Made by a program: the position numbers and the translations under genes | Origin: Candidatus Bathyarchaeia archaeon | GTDB taxonomy: Archaea; Thermoproteota; Bathyarchaeia; Bathyarchaeales; Bathycorpusculaceae | Assembly (NCBI GenBank): GCA_038882955.1 | Contig: JAVZNC010000002.1 | Location: 221,209-285,208, forward strand | Reading direction: 5' to 3' | DNA: 64,000 nt | Notes under the pieces: generated by a model | What the model saw: only the letters and a program-made list of their open reading frames with translations | The model's database searches: none | Told to the model about the DNA's origin: nothing | Part shown: one piece after another, positions 8,217 through 18,411 of the stretch | How the letters are laid out: each line of letters starts with the position of its first letter | How positions within the stretch are numbered: the stretch's first letter is position 1

Positions 8217-10316
8217 TTACTGCGGTGGCTGTGTTGGTTGTGCTGGTGGTGCCGCTTTTGGTTTTCTAAAAGGCATTAGGAGCGCTATTGCCGCCAAAAC
8301 TAGTGCTATTATGCCGAGTCCTAAGCCGCCTAGAGCAAACATGAGTGTTGTAGTGTCAACAGCTTGAGCCGTTAGCGTTGTTGATGCGCTTTCGGCCGCT
8401 TTATAAATGTCGTCTCCGCTCCAGCTTGCTGTTATTTGCCATTGTCCAATTTGGTCTGCTGTGAATGTGTCTGTGAAAGCTCCTGCTTGGTTTGAATAAA
8501 CAGTTTTTGTGCTTATTGAACCGTCTGGCTTCGTGTATTTGAGGGTTATTGTCGCTATTTTTGCTGGGTACAATGTGCCGCTTACGCTTATGTTTCCTCC
8601 GACTGTTGTTGTGTAGCTTGAGAGTGTTAGGACTATTAGGCTTGAAGCTTTTTCAACTGTGAATGTGGTTGTTGCGGCTGCTGTTTCATGCTCATAGTCG
8701 CCTTTCCAGCTTACTCGAATCATGTAGTTTCCAGCGGCTTCTGGGATCCAAGCGAACGTGTATTCTCCATTTTCGTTTGTTATAACCTTGTCTAATGTTA
8801 TTAGAACTGGTAAGGGGTCACGTGAAAATTCTATTGTTACTTCAGCGTTTGGTATTGGCGTGTCACCCGTTTCGTTTGTTAATCTGCCGCTTATTGTCAC
8901 TTGATTGCCTATAACAATGCTTGGCGAGCTTACATTCACAGTTATTGAACTCGCAACTTTGCTGACGCTCCATATTGCTAATTCAGATTTTTCTGTAACA
9001 ACCATGAGTTGCCATTTGTAACCCGCTGTTAGTACTTCGATGTTTCCATCATTGTCCACGTCGCCACAAGTGACATCTTCAATGTTTGACGCTTCTTTCC
9101 ATTCTGCTGTATCTTTTGTGGTTAAAGTTTTTCCGTCCCACGAGAAAATTGTGATAACTGGTGTGGAGCTGAAAAGTATTGCAACGTCTGAGCAGGCAAT
9201 TATCTCGTTTTTGCCGTCCTTATCTATATCATATATCGTCACCGCTTTGCCTGATGTACCTGTAAGAAGCCCTACTAAGCCATTCTCCACACTTAACTTC
9301 AATATTAAGAGGTTTCCGTCCCACGACCATATTCTTAATTGTGAATAGTAGTTTTCTCCGTTGAATTGTTTTCCAATTGTAACAATTTCTTTCTTTCCAT
9401 CAGAATCTATATCTCCTACCGCGGCGTCGACTGAGTATGTGTCTAGGTATGTGTACCATTTGGTGCTTGCTTTCCATGTAAGGTCTGCACCGTCCCAAGT
9501 GCATATCCCAAGCACTGCACAATCATGGCCAAGTGTTTTGTCGTAGAAGTATCCAGTAATAATTATTTCAATGGTTCCGTCCCCGTCTACATCGTCCACC
9601 GCCACCGAATGCCATTCGGTGTTTCCGCTGATGAGCCGCTCTTGGCTTGTTTCAAGTGTCAATTTTGTGTCAGTGATATTCCAAATTGTTATTACTCCAT
9701 GAAATCCTGTTCCGGAGAGTGACGTGGTGTTTCTGTAGCCTACGGCAATTATCTCTGTCGTGTTGTCTTTATCCACGTCGCCTATTGCAACATCAAAAAA
9801 CTTCGTTTCATTGACCTCAGTAGGCCAGTACTGAATGGTTTTCCTTTCCATCGCCGTTCCATTCCAACCTAAAACAATTAGCAATCCTTGTTCCATTATG
9901 CCTAGGAGTTTTCCGTACCCGGCTACCACAATTTCTGTGTCTGTTTTGTTGTCAACGTTTCCTAACGCTACGGCATAAAAGCGTGTGTCGGAGGACCACG
10001 TATATGTTTGGTCAATGATTTCTTTATGTTCTTCTGTTAAATATGTGCCATTCCAGTTCCAAACGTTCACTTCGCCCCAGTAAAAGTTCCACGTGGAGTT
10101 GTAAGTGTATCCCGCTGTAACAATTTCCGTTGCTCCATCTCCATCGATGTCTCCTGCGGCATTTGCCAATGAATAGCTATCATTTTCCGTAAGCCATTCT
10201 TGATTCTTTTCTAAAGTGAGCCCGCTTGATGCGTGTGCTATGTTTGGCATAAAAGTCATTAGCAACGTTGCGACAATTAAAAACCCTACAAATTTTTTGC
10301 CTAGTTTCTCTTTCAT
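8217..10316 (-). CDS. Membrane-anchored surface protein with a 7-blade FG-GAP/VCBS propeller and Ig-like stalk
   Basis: Signal peptide, seven D(I/V)DxDGxxEI-type repeats, two Ig-like beta domains, C-terminal TM helix and Pro-rich tail. Confidence 0.8.
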   Translation of the reverse strand: MKEKLGKKFVGFLIVATLLMTFMPNIAHASSGLTLEKNQEWLTENDSYSLANAAGDIDGDGATEIVTAGYTYNSTWNFYWGEVNVWNWNGTYLTEEHKEIIDQTYTWSSDTRFYAVALGNVDNKTDTEIVVAGYGKLLGIMEQGLLIVLGWNGTAMERKTIQYWPTEVNETKFFDVAIGDVDKDNTTEIIAVGYRNTTSLSGTGFHGVITIWNITDTKLTLETSQERLISGNTEWHSVAVDDVDGDGTIEIIITGYFYDKTLGHDCAVLGICTWDGADLTWKASTKWYTYLDTYSVDAAVGDIDSDGKKEIVTIGKQFNGENYYSQLRIWSWDGNLLILKLSVENGLVGLLTGTSGKAVTIYDIDKDGKNEIIACSDVAILFSSTPVITIFSWDGKTLTTKDTAEWKEASNIEDVTCGDVDNDGNIEVLTAGYKWQLMVVTEKSELAIWSVSKVASSITVNVSSPSIVIGNQVTISGRLTNETGDTPIPNAEVTIEFSRDPLPVLITLDKVITNENGEYTFAWIPEAAGNYMIRVSWKGDYEHETAAATTTFTVEKASSLIVLTLSSYTTTVGGNISVSGTLYPAKIATITLKYTKPDGSISTKTVYSNQAGAFTDTFTADQIGQWQITASWSGDDIYKAAESASTTLTAQAVDTTTLMFALGGLGLGIIALVLAAIALLMPFRKPKAAPPAQPTQPPQ

Positions 10317-10406
10317 GTTTTTCCATCCTTTTTACAAACGACCAAATATTGTGCAGTGCTGTGGTATTTAACAATTATTGAATGAATTTTTTCCGAAGTC
10401 TAAATT

Positions 10407-10757
10407 CTAATGGATTTTGCTTCCTTCCGTTATGTCCTTTTCTGGCTGGAGTACCACTACGTTGCTCTTCTCGTCTTCAGCAGCTAAAATCATGCACTGC
10501 GATTCAACGCCCATAAACTTTCTTCTCTGAAGGTTCAGTATAAACGCACATTTCTTGCCAACAAGATCTTGGGGCTTGTACCATTGTAGTAAGCCAGCAA
10601 CTGCTTGCCGCTTTTCTGTCCCAAAATCCACAACCATCCTGATTAGGTTTCGCGAGCCTGGAATCTGGTTTGCCTCCAAAATTTTTCCAACGCGCATATC
10701 CAATTTTTGGAATTCCTCAAACGATATTTCCATTTTATTCGCCGTCCTTTTCAACAT
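10407..10757 (-). CDS. Stand-alone tRNA-binding OB-fold protein (CsaA/Trbp111/MetRS-C family)
   Basis: ISFEEFQKLDMRVGKI...NLQRRKFMGVESQCMILA. Confidence 0.9.
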   Translation of the reverse strand: MLKRTANKMEISFEEFQKLDMRVGKILEANQIPGSRNLIRMVVDFGTEKRQAVAGLLQWYKPQDLVGKKCAFILNLQRRKFMGVESQCMILAAEDEKSNVVVLQPEKDITEGSKIH

Positions 10758-10775
10758 TTTTCAATAAAACTGCTA

Positions 10776-11492
10776 TTAAGTTTTTGCGGCTTCCCTCTTA
10801 CGTTTTAGATTTTCCACCGTCTTTGCGACACCATTCCAGCCTTCAGTTGCCTTCGAATGAATTATTTCAAAAGCCTCCCTTGATGTCAGCTTTGGCAGTT
10901 CTTCACCAACAGCTCTTCTTGTTAGATAGGCTGCGGCGTTAAGCACTTCTCCGTTTAGGCGTGAATCAATTAAATCTGCTAGGTGGCAAATTAGTGCTTC
11001 TATTGTGTGCGGTCTGATTGGTCCGTACTCACCATGATGTGCTGAGATTACATGAATAACTTCTATTGGAAATTTTCTTCGTACAAGTTCTGCTATCACC
11101 ATTGAAAGGTGGTCCATATAATCTACTAGGCTTGTCGTTGCGTAGCTTCCATTCTCCTTCGCAATGTATGTTAAAGGTTTAAAAATGTCGTGGAGCAGCA
11201 CTCCAGCCAGAACAAAGTCGCGGTTTACTTTTCCATGATACACTTTTTCCACGCAGTCGCATATTGTGAGCGCTATTTTCGCTGTTGAAACGACATGTTC
11301 AATATATCCTCCAGCGTAACAGTGATGATGCGACAAGCCAGCGGGCGACACGTCGAGAGGCATGCCAGAATAAGTTTTTCCGCCAACCTCAAACGTTGGA
11401 TTCTCCAAAAACTCCATAACTTTCTTCCGCAGTTTCTCATCACGAATTTTGTTGGCTACCGCTTTAAGCTTCGGGTTAAGCAACATTCTCAC
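10776..11492 (-). CDS. HD-domain hydrolase, YhaM-like
   Basis: PAGLSHHHCYAGGYIEH, LLHDIFK, AHHG, LADLIDS. Confidence 0.85.
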   Translation of the reverse strand: MRMLLNPKLKAVANKIRDEKLRKKVMEFLENPTFEVGGKTYSGMPLDVSPAGLSHHHCYAGGYIEHVVSTAKIALTICDCVEKVYHGKVNRDFVLAGVLLHDIFKPLTYIAKENGSYATTSLVDYMDHLSMVIAELVRRKFPIEVIHVISAHHGEYGPIRPHTIEALICHLADLIDSRLNGEVLNAAAYLTRRAVGEELPKLTSREAFEIIHSKATEGWNGVAKTVENLKRKREAAKT

Positions 11493-11495
11493 TTG

Positions 11496-12176
11496 TCACA
11501 TGTTAAGAGCCTTACGCATATTGATTTTTCGTTTTTCCGCGGTAGCCGCCTCATGCGCCTTTAAGATTGGCTCGGGAATCCTTCCAGTCACAGTGCAGTG
11601 TTGAACAGTTTTAACCGCAGTTTCCAAAGAAACCATGTGTCCAACGCTAACGTAAACGGGCTTACATCCGTTTTTTGTTACAACCGCGGCGCCAACAACT
11701 TTACCTTTATGTTTCAAAAAAGTAATAGATCCTCCATGGATACGTTCTTCCTCTCCGAATAATCGACTTTTGGCTACACCGATTGTTGGTTTTCGCAAAA
11801 CCAATCCTAAATGACTTGCGAAACCGCAGTGGTATGGGTGGGCGAAACCATGTCCATCAACAAGAAAAACGTCAGGTTGCGTCTGCAACTTTTTTATGCT
11901 TAGTACTGTGGGAGGGACTTCTCTAAAAGACAAAAGTGTCGGAACGTATGGAAAGCGTGTCTCACAAGCGGCGGTTTTGCACTCTAAAAGCCTAAGCGTG
12001 TCATAATCCAACACTGCCACGGCGCCTAACGACAAATTCTTCGCGTATGCCACATCAACGCCAGCAACATAACGTATTTTCCTAGGCAATTTATCCTCAA
12101 AAATTATCCTTTGCGATAGGCGAATTTGCGTTTTATGAGCCTTCCCAACAGAAAAATTCTTGGGTACCTTGTTCAT
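11496..12176 (-). CDS. nfi: Endonuclease V
   Basis: AGVDVAY, FPYVPTLLSFRE, VDGHGFAHP, IGVAKS, PVYVSVGH, RIPEP. Confidence 0.95.
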   Translation of the reverse strand: MNKVPKNFSVGKAHKTQIRLSQRIIFEDKLPRKIRYVAGVDVAYAKNLSLGAVAVLDYDTLRLLECKTAACETRFPYVPTLLSFREVPPTVLSIKKLQTQPDVFLVDGHGFAHPYHCGFASHLGLVLRKPTIGVAKSRLFGEEERIHGGSITFLKHKGKVVGAAVVTKNGCKPVYVSVGHMVSLETAVKTVQHCTVTGRIPEPILKAHEAATAEKRKINMRKALNM

Positions 12177-12180
12177 AATT

Positions 12181-12816
12181 TTATTTTTTCCTTAAATGGT
12201 GCTCTAAACCCTTGAGATATTTTTCTAAAGCGCTTCTTCTAATCTCTTGGGTTACGTCGCCCCGCGTAGTCTCAATAATTTTTCTTGCAGTGTCGCATTT
12301 TCTTCGTAAGCCTGGAACAAGCATGTATGCTTCGTTCATCGCCATAAGCTCAATGTAGATTTCATCCATTATTTTCAAACATTTCTCACTCTTTTTAACG
12401 TTACCTTCTCGCAATGCATCAAGAGCCAAACGCCTATATTCTCCTATAACGTCTGCTAGCCCAAGAACATAATCCACAGAAGGCACGGCAATCTCTTTTG
12501 GCGTTACAAAGCGCTCTTCCTCTACTATTTTTAGGAATATGTTTGCTTCAGAGTACTCTTGAAGCGCCGCGTCATAGAGTCCACTGTAAATAATGTCTGG
12601 ATGGGCGGCGGAAGCGTTGTTAAGTTCTAAAATAATCTCTTTTGCCTTTTTAACGAGTTTTTCCGCTTCCTTCAATCTCTTTTGATGTATGAAGAGTATT
12701 GCCTGTTTTGAAAGGCTTGTTGCCTTTCGCATGTTGTTTTGTGCGTTTTCTCGAATTTTTTCTTTCTCTTTCAGTTCTTTGCGTATCTCTTCTAAAACCG
12801 CCTTTAATGAACTCAT
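12181..12816 (-). CDS. Translin/Trax (C3PO-like) family protein
   Basis: All-helical, with QEYSEA and YVLGLADVIGEYRR motifs. Confidence 0.85.
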   Translation of the reverse strand: MSSLKAVLEEIRKELKEKEKIRENAQNNMRKATSLSKQAILFIHQKRLKEAEKLVKKAKEIILELNNASAAHPDIIYSGLYDAALQEYSEANIFLKIVEEERFVTPKEIAVPSVDYVLGLADVIGEYRRLALDALREGNVKKSEKCLKIMDEIYIELMAMNEAYMLVPGLRRKCDTARKIIETTRGDVTQEIRRSALEKYLKGLEHHLRKK

Positions 12817-12918
12817 TTGCTTTTCGCCTTTGCATATATCTAGAATTGTTTGTGCTTATAATTTTCGTGATTAAAAATAGTATGGGAATGGGAGAACGTT
12901 AAAGGATGGAAAATGCAC

Positions 12919-13119
12919 TTATTGTTTTTGTTGTGGTGGTTCCTTCCATCGTTCTATGGTGAGTTTTTCTTCTCCGCCAACCTTAAAACCGACCTTCACG
13001 AACACGGAGTCTGCACCTTTGAATGGAAACATGCTGTCCTCTGCCAAGTCTTTTGGTATGTAAATCAAGTATTTTCCATCCTTTCTTCTGAACAGTCTAC
13101 CTCTTCCTTCGTTGACCAT
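12919..13119 (-). CDS. Small hypothetical protein, possible AbrB-like swapped hairpin
   Basis: 66 aa, KYLIYIPKDLAEDSMFPF; TATA-like sequence upstream. Confidence 0.55.
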   Translation of the reverse strand: MVNEGRGRLFRRKDGKYLIYIPKDLAEDSMFPFKGADSVFVKVGFKVGGEEKLTIERWKEPPQQKQ

Positions 13120-13259
13120 TGTTCCACCTCAATTTAATCTTGAGTTTAAAGCGGTATAAAGGCGAATTATATAAGGTTTATTCTCATTTAATTCATTAAA
13201 AATTGTTTACATTTAAAATAACACTGAAAAAATGAATTAATTGCCAGAGGAATCCGCAG

Positions 13260-14216
13260 CTATCCAAATCTGATGGCACGCTGCACTTTACCCAACAATA
13301 CAACTCTGCTTTCTGGCGCCTCATCAAGAACGTCATAACCCGTTTCCTCTGCAATCTTGTACGCGAAATCGCAAATTTCTCCGTGGCTTGGCATGTTTTC
13401 AAATCCCAAACGTAGCCGCGAGAATCCAACATGCATGTACGCTTTTGGTTCCACGTAAGTGGGACTTGCCTTTTCAATTAGCTTCGCATAACCCTCAATG
13501 TTTCTCATGTTCAAATCCTTAACTGAAGTTATCCTGATAACGGTTGGACATTTAAAACTGGGCAAAAGCTTCAAAGTCTCGTTAAGCCTTTCCCAAGCCT
13601 CTGGAATCTGTGGACGGCAAATTTTTTTGAATGTTTCTTCGTCTGGAGCGCAAACAGAGATGTAGAGCTGTGTGGGCTCTTCTTCAAGGTTCGCTAAAAC
13701 TTTGGGCAATGTTCCATTAGAGACTAGAAATGTTGTAAAACCTCTCTTGTGAAATGCTTTAATCAAATCGCTTATATGCCCATACAATGTGGGCTCACCA
13801 GTCAAACTTATGGCAGCATGTCTGGGAGTGGAGGCCTCTCTAAATTTTTGTTTATCTGCTTTGGGGTTGCCTTTGTATCCGCTTAAAATTTTAAGTTGGG
13901 CTTTGATGCTTTCTTCCACTATGAGTTCTGGTGAGTCCCACTTTGGCGTTTTTGTTTCGTTCCATTGAATTTTTAAGTCGCCGCTTTGTGCCCTCCAACA
14001 GAATAGGCATTGTTGTGTGCAATAGAAGAGTGCGGGGGTCATTTGTATGCACTGGTGCGTCTTTATTCCATAAAATTTCTGTTTGTAGCATGGTCTGTTG
14101 TTGATTAGGGTTTCGTAAAACCATCTGCACCTTTTGACGGCTGAGTGTCTGCCTATGATGTGGTATTTCTGCCTTTTTAGTGCTTGTATTAGCACTTGTG
14201 GAACCGCGTTTTCCAA
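13260..14216 (-). CDS. taw1: 4-demethylwyosine synthase (radical SAM)
   Basis: HSAVKRCRW, CYKQKFYGI, CTQQCLFC, SLTGEPTLY, YVEPKAYMHVG. Confidence 0.95.
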   Translation of the reverse strand: MENAVPQVLIQALKRQKYHIIGRHSAVKRCRWFYETLINNRPCYKQKFYGIKTHQCIQMTPALFYCTQQCLFCWRAQSGDLKIQWNETKTPKWDSPELIVEESIKAQLKILSGYKGNPKADKQKFREASTPRHAAISLTGEPTLYGHISDLIKAFHKRGFTTFLVSNGTLPKVLANLEEEPTQLYISVCAPDEETFKKICRPQIPEAWERLNETLKLLPSFKCPTVIRITSVKDLNMRNIEGYAKLIEKASPTYVEPKAYMHVGFSRLRLGFENMPSHGEICDFAYKIAEETGYDVLDEAPESRVVLLGKVQRAIRFG

Positions 14217-14266
14217 GTTTTCTCACTCATGCTAATAGCGTAAAAGTGCGCCCTAAATAAAACAGT

Positions 14267-15484
14267 TTATTCGTCAAAGCAGTATTCCAGCTTTTGGAAT
14301 TCAGCGCAAAGTTTGGCGACATCTCTTTTAACATTTTCAGGTCTTTCCTCGTCGACAAGCACTCTTTTTATCAGTTCAGCTATTCTATGCATTTCAGCCT
14401 CTTTCATTCCACGCCTAGTAACCTCACAAGTGCCAACCCTTATGACACAGTCCACAATTATGTTTACACGTTGAAGTTTCTCCGCCTTTGCCCGTCCCTT
14501 TTCATAATCGCCATAATCCAGCAAAATCTGATGCGATTGCGTAAAGCCCAGATGTTTGCATGCAACTGGAAGCCCGTAGTCGTACAGAGCCTTTGCCAAC
14601 TCTTGTGCGTTTCTCACAACTTGCCGTGCATAGGCTTTGCCGAACTTTTTCATTTCAGCCAAAGCTAGGGTTAATGCTGCAATTCGGTTCCAATGCGCGT
14701 TATCCACAAATGCTGGATAAATTTTCTCCTTGAGAATTTCTCCATGCTCCCTATCCGCCAAGATTATTCCGCCTTGCGGACCAAAAAATGTTTTATGGGT
14801 TGATCCGAAAAGCGCGTGTGCGCCTTCTCTTAGCGGGTCTTGGAACTGTTCTCCAGCAATCAGTCCCATAACATGTGAACCGTCAAACCCGACGGTCGCG
14901 CCGTTTTCCTTTGCAATTTCAGCAAGTTCCTTGACTGGTTGTGGAAAAACGATTATGCTTGCGCCAAAAACAACAAGTTTTGGCTTGACGCGTTTTATTT
15001 TTTCTTTTGCTTCTTCTACTTTTATGCTCATGTCGCTTTTTGAAAAGGGGAAGGGCACTGCGTTTAATTTTAATAGTCTAGCTAGTCCGTCCTTCCACAT
15101 TCCAGGGTATCCGCCGTTATCTGGGGATAAGCACATGAGCGTGTCGTTTGGCTTTGTGAAGTTGGCTATGAATATTAGGTCTGCGATGTGTCCCGAAAGT
15201 GGGCGTAAATCGGCAACTTCAGCCTTAAAGAGGTCTTTTGCAAGTTTTTCTCCATATGCTTCAACTTCGTCTAGAAAGCGTGTTCCCATGTAAAAGCGGT
15301 CTCTTGCTGTATAGCGATTTCCGAACTCCGAAGAAAGGAGCTTTCGGACAGATGGGCTCATTACATTTTCTGAAGGGATTAGGTTTAGGCATTGTTTTCC
15401 GCGCCATTCTTCATGCTGCTCAGCCAAGGCGAGAATTTCCTCAATCACCTTATTCACCACGAATGTGCAAAGTTTACCGCGCAC
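14267..15484 (-). CDS. glyA: Serine hydroxymethyltransferase (archaeal type)
   Basis: NLIPSENVMS, DGSHVMGLIAG, STHKTFFGPQGG; the true start may be slightly downstream. Confidence 0.9.
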   Translation of the reverse strand: MRGKLCTFVVNKVIEEILALAEQHEEWRGKQCLNLIPSENVMSPSVRKLLSSEFGNRYTARDRFYMGTRFLDEVEAYGEKLAKDLFKAEVADLRPLSGHIADLIFIANFTKPNDTLMCLSPDNGGYPGMWKDGLARLLKLNAVPFPFSKSDMSIKVEEAKEKIKRVKPKLVVFGASIIVFPQPVKELAEIAKENGATVGFDGSHVMGLIAGEQFQDPLREGAHALFGSTHKTFFGPQGGIILADREHGEILKEKIYPAFVDNAHWNRIAALTLALAEMKKFGKAYARQVVRNAQELAKALYDYGLPVACKHLGFTQSHQILLDYGDYEKGRAKAEKLQRVNIIVDCVIRVGTCEVTRRGMKEAEMHRIAELIKRVLVDEERPENVKRDVAKLCAEFQKLEYCFDE

Positions 15485-15641
15485 GTAAATTTACTTTTCT
15501 ATTTTCGCCTAGTTTTCTTGACGTGTTTTGCGGCTCTAATTACGTTTAAGGTAGTTTAAGCCATGTTATCGAAAGTAAAGTTAAAATGCTCCCTAGTATT
15601 AGAAGTGTTCACATCTCGCATGTATTTCAGAGGGAACATGC

Positions 15642-17753
15642 TTGAAAACAACTGTGCCAAACAAAATTAAGTCAATCCTGTTCTTATCACTTCTGCTGTC
15701 ATCAATCCTGTTTACATTTTCATTTTTTCCTTCAGCAAAAGCTGAAACAAAAATCCTCTCTATAAATCCCACTTCTGGGAATGTTGGAACAAACGTCACA
15801 TTAACAGCAAACGTGAGCAATCTAGGCGCGTATAGAATATTGTTCGACGGGAATGAAATTTTAAGCGGAGAAGCCACAGAAAACAACATAACAGCAAGCT
15901 TTATCATACCGCATGCGCCGCAAGGCGCCCACAACATTACGTTAATTGATGCAATGGGAGAAAACGACACCGGAAGCTTTACCATTTTAACGTTTCAGTC
16001 GTTTAAGCCTCAAGTTCCAGAGCCTCCAGCACAGCTACAAGAGGGTGCAAGCTTGACAATCACTGTTAATATTACCGGGGGCTTGGCTAATCACACCTAT
16101 CCGAAAATTATGGTTCAAGCGCCACGCGAAGACTTGAACTATACCTTGCGAAATGGCGTCAACATCACAACTGATGCTTCTGGAACCTGCCTCTTTAATG
16201 TCACATACCCAGACGATTTCGCGGAAGGCGCAAATACAAACTTCACTGGGTATTATAAGATATTTTTCAATGAAACCTTTGCAGACTATTTTTTTGTTGG
16301 CATTACGAACGCAAGAGCCTATCATAGAGGAGATATCGTCAACATAAAGGCGGTTAACTATCCAGTAAACGGGAACGTCACGATTGCAATAAAGTTTGGA
16401 AACGAGACAATAGACACTATAACCTACAACGCCACGGATGGAACAGTAAACTATGATTGGCTTGTTCCAAATAACGTGCTTGTAAGCAACGCAACCCACA
16501 CCTACAATGTAACCATAACGCCAGTGCCAACAACCAAGAACTTCACAGACACTCAGACATTTGATATTTTAGGCTTTAACACGACAGTTTATACGCTTAA
16601 TCGTGCTGGAAAAAGCGTTTCAGGTGTTTTGGTAAAGGTGCACGATATATCTGCGAATGCCAACTATACAAACAGCAGCGGAGTAGGCGGATATGCCAAT
16701 TTTATGCTTGAGATAGGCGATTATACGGCTGAAGCCTACTTCAGGGACGTGAAGGTTGGCGATGGTTTACTGTTCAGCGTTACGAGAGATGCTGTGCTAA
16801 ACTTTTCCTTTACTTGTAACATAACAAGCCTAAACATAATTGTCGAAAATGAGCGTGGCGTGCGCATTCCACGCGTGAACATAACGCTCACTTATAATTA
16901 CACTACAAATTATGGCACGCCAGAAAACAGAACCGCCACAGAATACAATGAAACAAAAATTGATGGGTTAGCCGTTTTTCCAGCAGTACTTCCCAACGTA
17001 ACATGCGTGGTGAATGCTTCACTTTATGGGCTAGTTTTTAACATTGGCAACAACACCATTCCCGATTTACCAGTCGCCGAATGCGTTAACGTGATGGTTC
17101 TTTATCCAACCAGAAGGCTTAACATTCAAGTTTTAGATGTAAACAACCAGCCAATTCCATCGGCAACATTGAAAGCCCAAGAGCTAACCGTTGGATTGTT
17201 TACTGAAGGAGATGTTGTTAACGGAAATGCCACCTTAAACTGCACTTTCGGAAGATACTCTGTCAAAATTTTCTTTAGCGATATACTCTTAAATGAAACG
17301 GTGTTTGATTTAACTTCTGGCGATGTTGAATTTAATGTAACAATCAAATGTCAGCTTTACGGCTTAAACATAGCAGTCAAAGTTGTCGATTACTTTGGTC
17401 AACCAATATCTGGTGCCAACGTAATATTGCATCGCGGTTTGTTACAAGACGCTAAACAGACAGATTCAGGGGGCACAGTCACGTTCGCAAATGCCGTTGG
17501 CGGAGAAATACAAATAAACGTCTATATGCCAGGGCATTCAGAACCATGTGTCACCAAGAATTTTAATGTTGGAGTTTCAACGGTGCTTACCATCAAGATT
17601 GATAGATATGTTGTTCTAGCTGGCTTTCTTGTGGAGACGGGATGCTTGGCTACTGCAATGATAATTGTCATAACAGCTCTAGTCATAATAGTCTTGGAAG
17701 TTTATAGGAGAAAGCGTTTCAAGCGTCAAGAGGCTAAAGAGGAGCAGAAATAA
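15642..17753 (+). CDS. Predicted heavily N-glycosylated surface protein with Ig-like/carboxypeptidase-regulatory-like repeats
   Basis: Signal peptide, ~34 NxS/T sequons counted by eye, V.D..GQPISGANV-type repeats, C-terminal TM helix and basic tail. Confidence 0.8.
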   Translation: MKTTVPNKIKSILFLSLLLSSILFTFSFFPSAKAETKILSINPTSGNVGTNVTLTANVSNLGAYRILFDGNEILSGEATENNITASFIIPHAPQGAHNITLIDAMGENDTGSFTILTFQSFKPQVPEPPAQLQEGASLTITVNITGGLANHTYPKIMVQAPREDLNYTLRNGVNITTDASGTCLFNVTYPDDFAEGANTNFTGYYKIFFNETFADYFFVGITNARAYHRGDIVNIKAVNYPVNGNVTIAIKFGNETIDTITYNATDGTVNYDWLVPNNVLVSNATHTYNVTITPVPTTKNFTDTQTFDILGFNTTVYTLNRAGKSVSGVLVKVHDISANANYTNSSGVGGYANFMLEIGDYTAEAYFRDVKVGDGLLFSVTRDAVLNFSFTCNITSLNIIVENERGVRIPRVNITLTYNYTTNYGTPENRTATEYNETKIDGLAVFPAVLPNVTCVVNASLYGLVFNIGNNTIPDLPVAECVNVMVLYPTRRLNIQVLDVNNQPIPSATLKAQELTVGLFTEGDVVNGNATLNCTFGRYSVKIFFSDILLNETVFDLTSGDVEFNVTIKCQLYGLNIAVKVVDYFGQPISGANVILHRGLLQDAKQTDSGGTVTFANAVGGEIQINVYMPGHSEPCVTKNFNVGVSTVLTIKIDRYVVLAGFLVETGCLATAMIIVITALVIIVLEVYRRKRFKRQEAKEEQK

Positions 17754-17844
17754 GGAGTCGTGTGGAAAAAAGTTTAATATTCCCTCTATGCAAGAATATT
17801 TCAGAGAGCCGTTGATGCGAGAAGTTTTGAAACAATAAAGGGTT

Positions 17845-18141
17845 GTGCGTGTGTTGGCGCAGGGGAAAACTTGTTCTCCAACATGTCAAGCCTTCAAGTG
17901 CACCCAGAATGCTGCAGTCTATAGGCGTGATGGCGTGTGGTGTAGGTGGACTGAAGAGACATGCGACGTTGCAAACTGTAGGTACGCTATTTGCGTTAAG
18001 AGGCGCCTACTCCCTAGAGGGATATGCGGCGAAACCGTGAAAAGAAAAACTGTTGAAAAGCCACCAGAGGAAGTTGTTGGACCCGCAATAAAGCTTCGCG
18101 GTAGAGCGCTTCGCAAAATTGGCGAAAAAGAAATCTTTTAG
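17845..18141 (+). CDS. Cys-rich hypothetical protein (8 Cys, putative metal-binding)
   Basis: CSPTCQAFKC...C..C....C....C..........CG, basic C-terminus. Confidence 0.6.
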   Translation: MRVLAQGKTCSPTCQAFKCTQNAAVYRRDGVWCRWTEETCDVANCRYAICVKRRLLPRGICGETVKRKTVEKPPEEVVGPAIKLRGRALRKIGEKEIF

Positions 18142-18170
18142 GCGTCTGTTAAACGGTTCACTCTCTCTTT

Positions 18171-18338
18171 TTATCTTGCCTGAATTCGCTTAACAACAGG
18201 AGGCTTTATCTTCTTTAAAATTCTATAGCCGCAGGTCGTGCACTTTATTTCCCCACCGCGGAGCTCCAACTCTTCAGATGAAACTTTTGCCCCGCACCTT
18301 ACACACTCGTACACAATTCCAGTTTTAGCCATAACCAT
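18171..18338 (-). CDS. rpoP: RNA polymerase subunit P (Rpo12)
   Basis: YECVRCG...IKCTTCGYRILKKIKPPVVKRI zinc ribbon. Confidence 0.93.
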   Translation of the reverse strand: MVMAKTGIVYECVRCGAKVSSEELELRGGEIKCTTCGYRILKKIKPPVVKRIQAR

Positions 18339-18411
18339 CCCTTTACCAAGAGAAGGCATTTTGCTTTTAAATGTTTCCAAACACAACTAATCTGGTGAAG
18401 GATGAAAAGCC

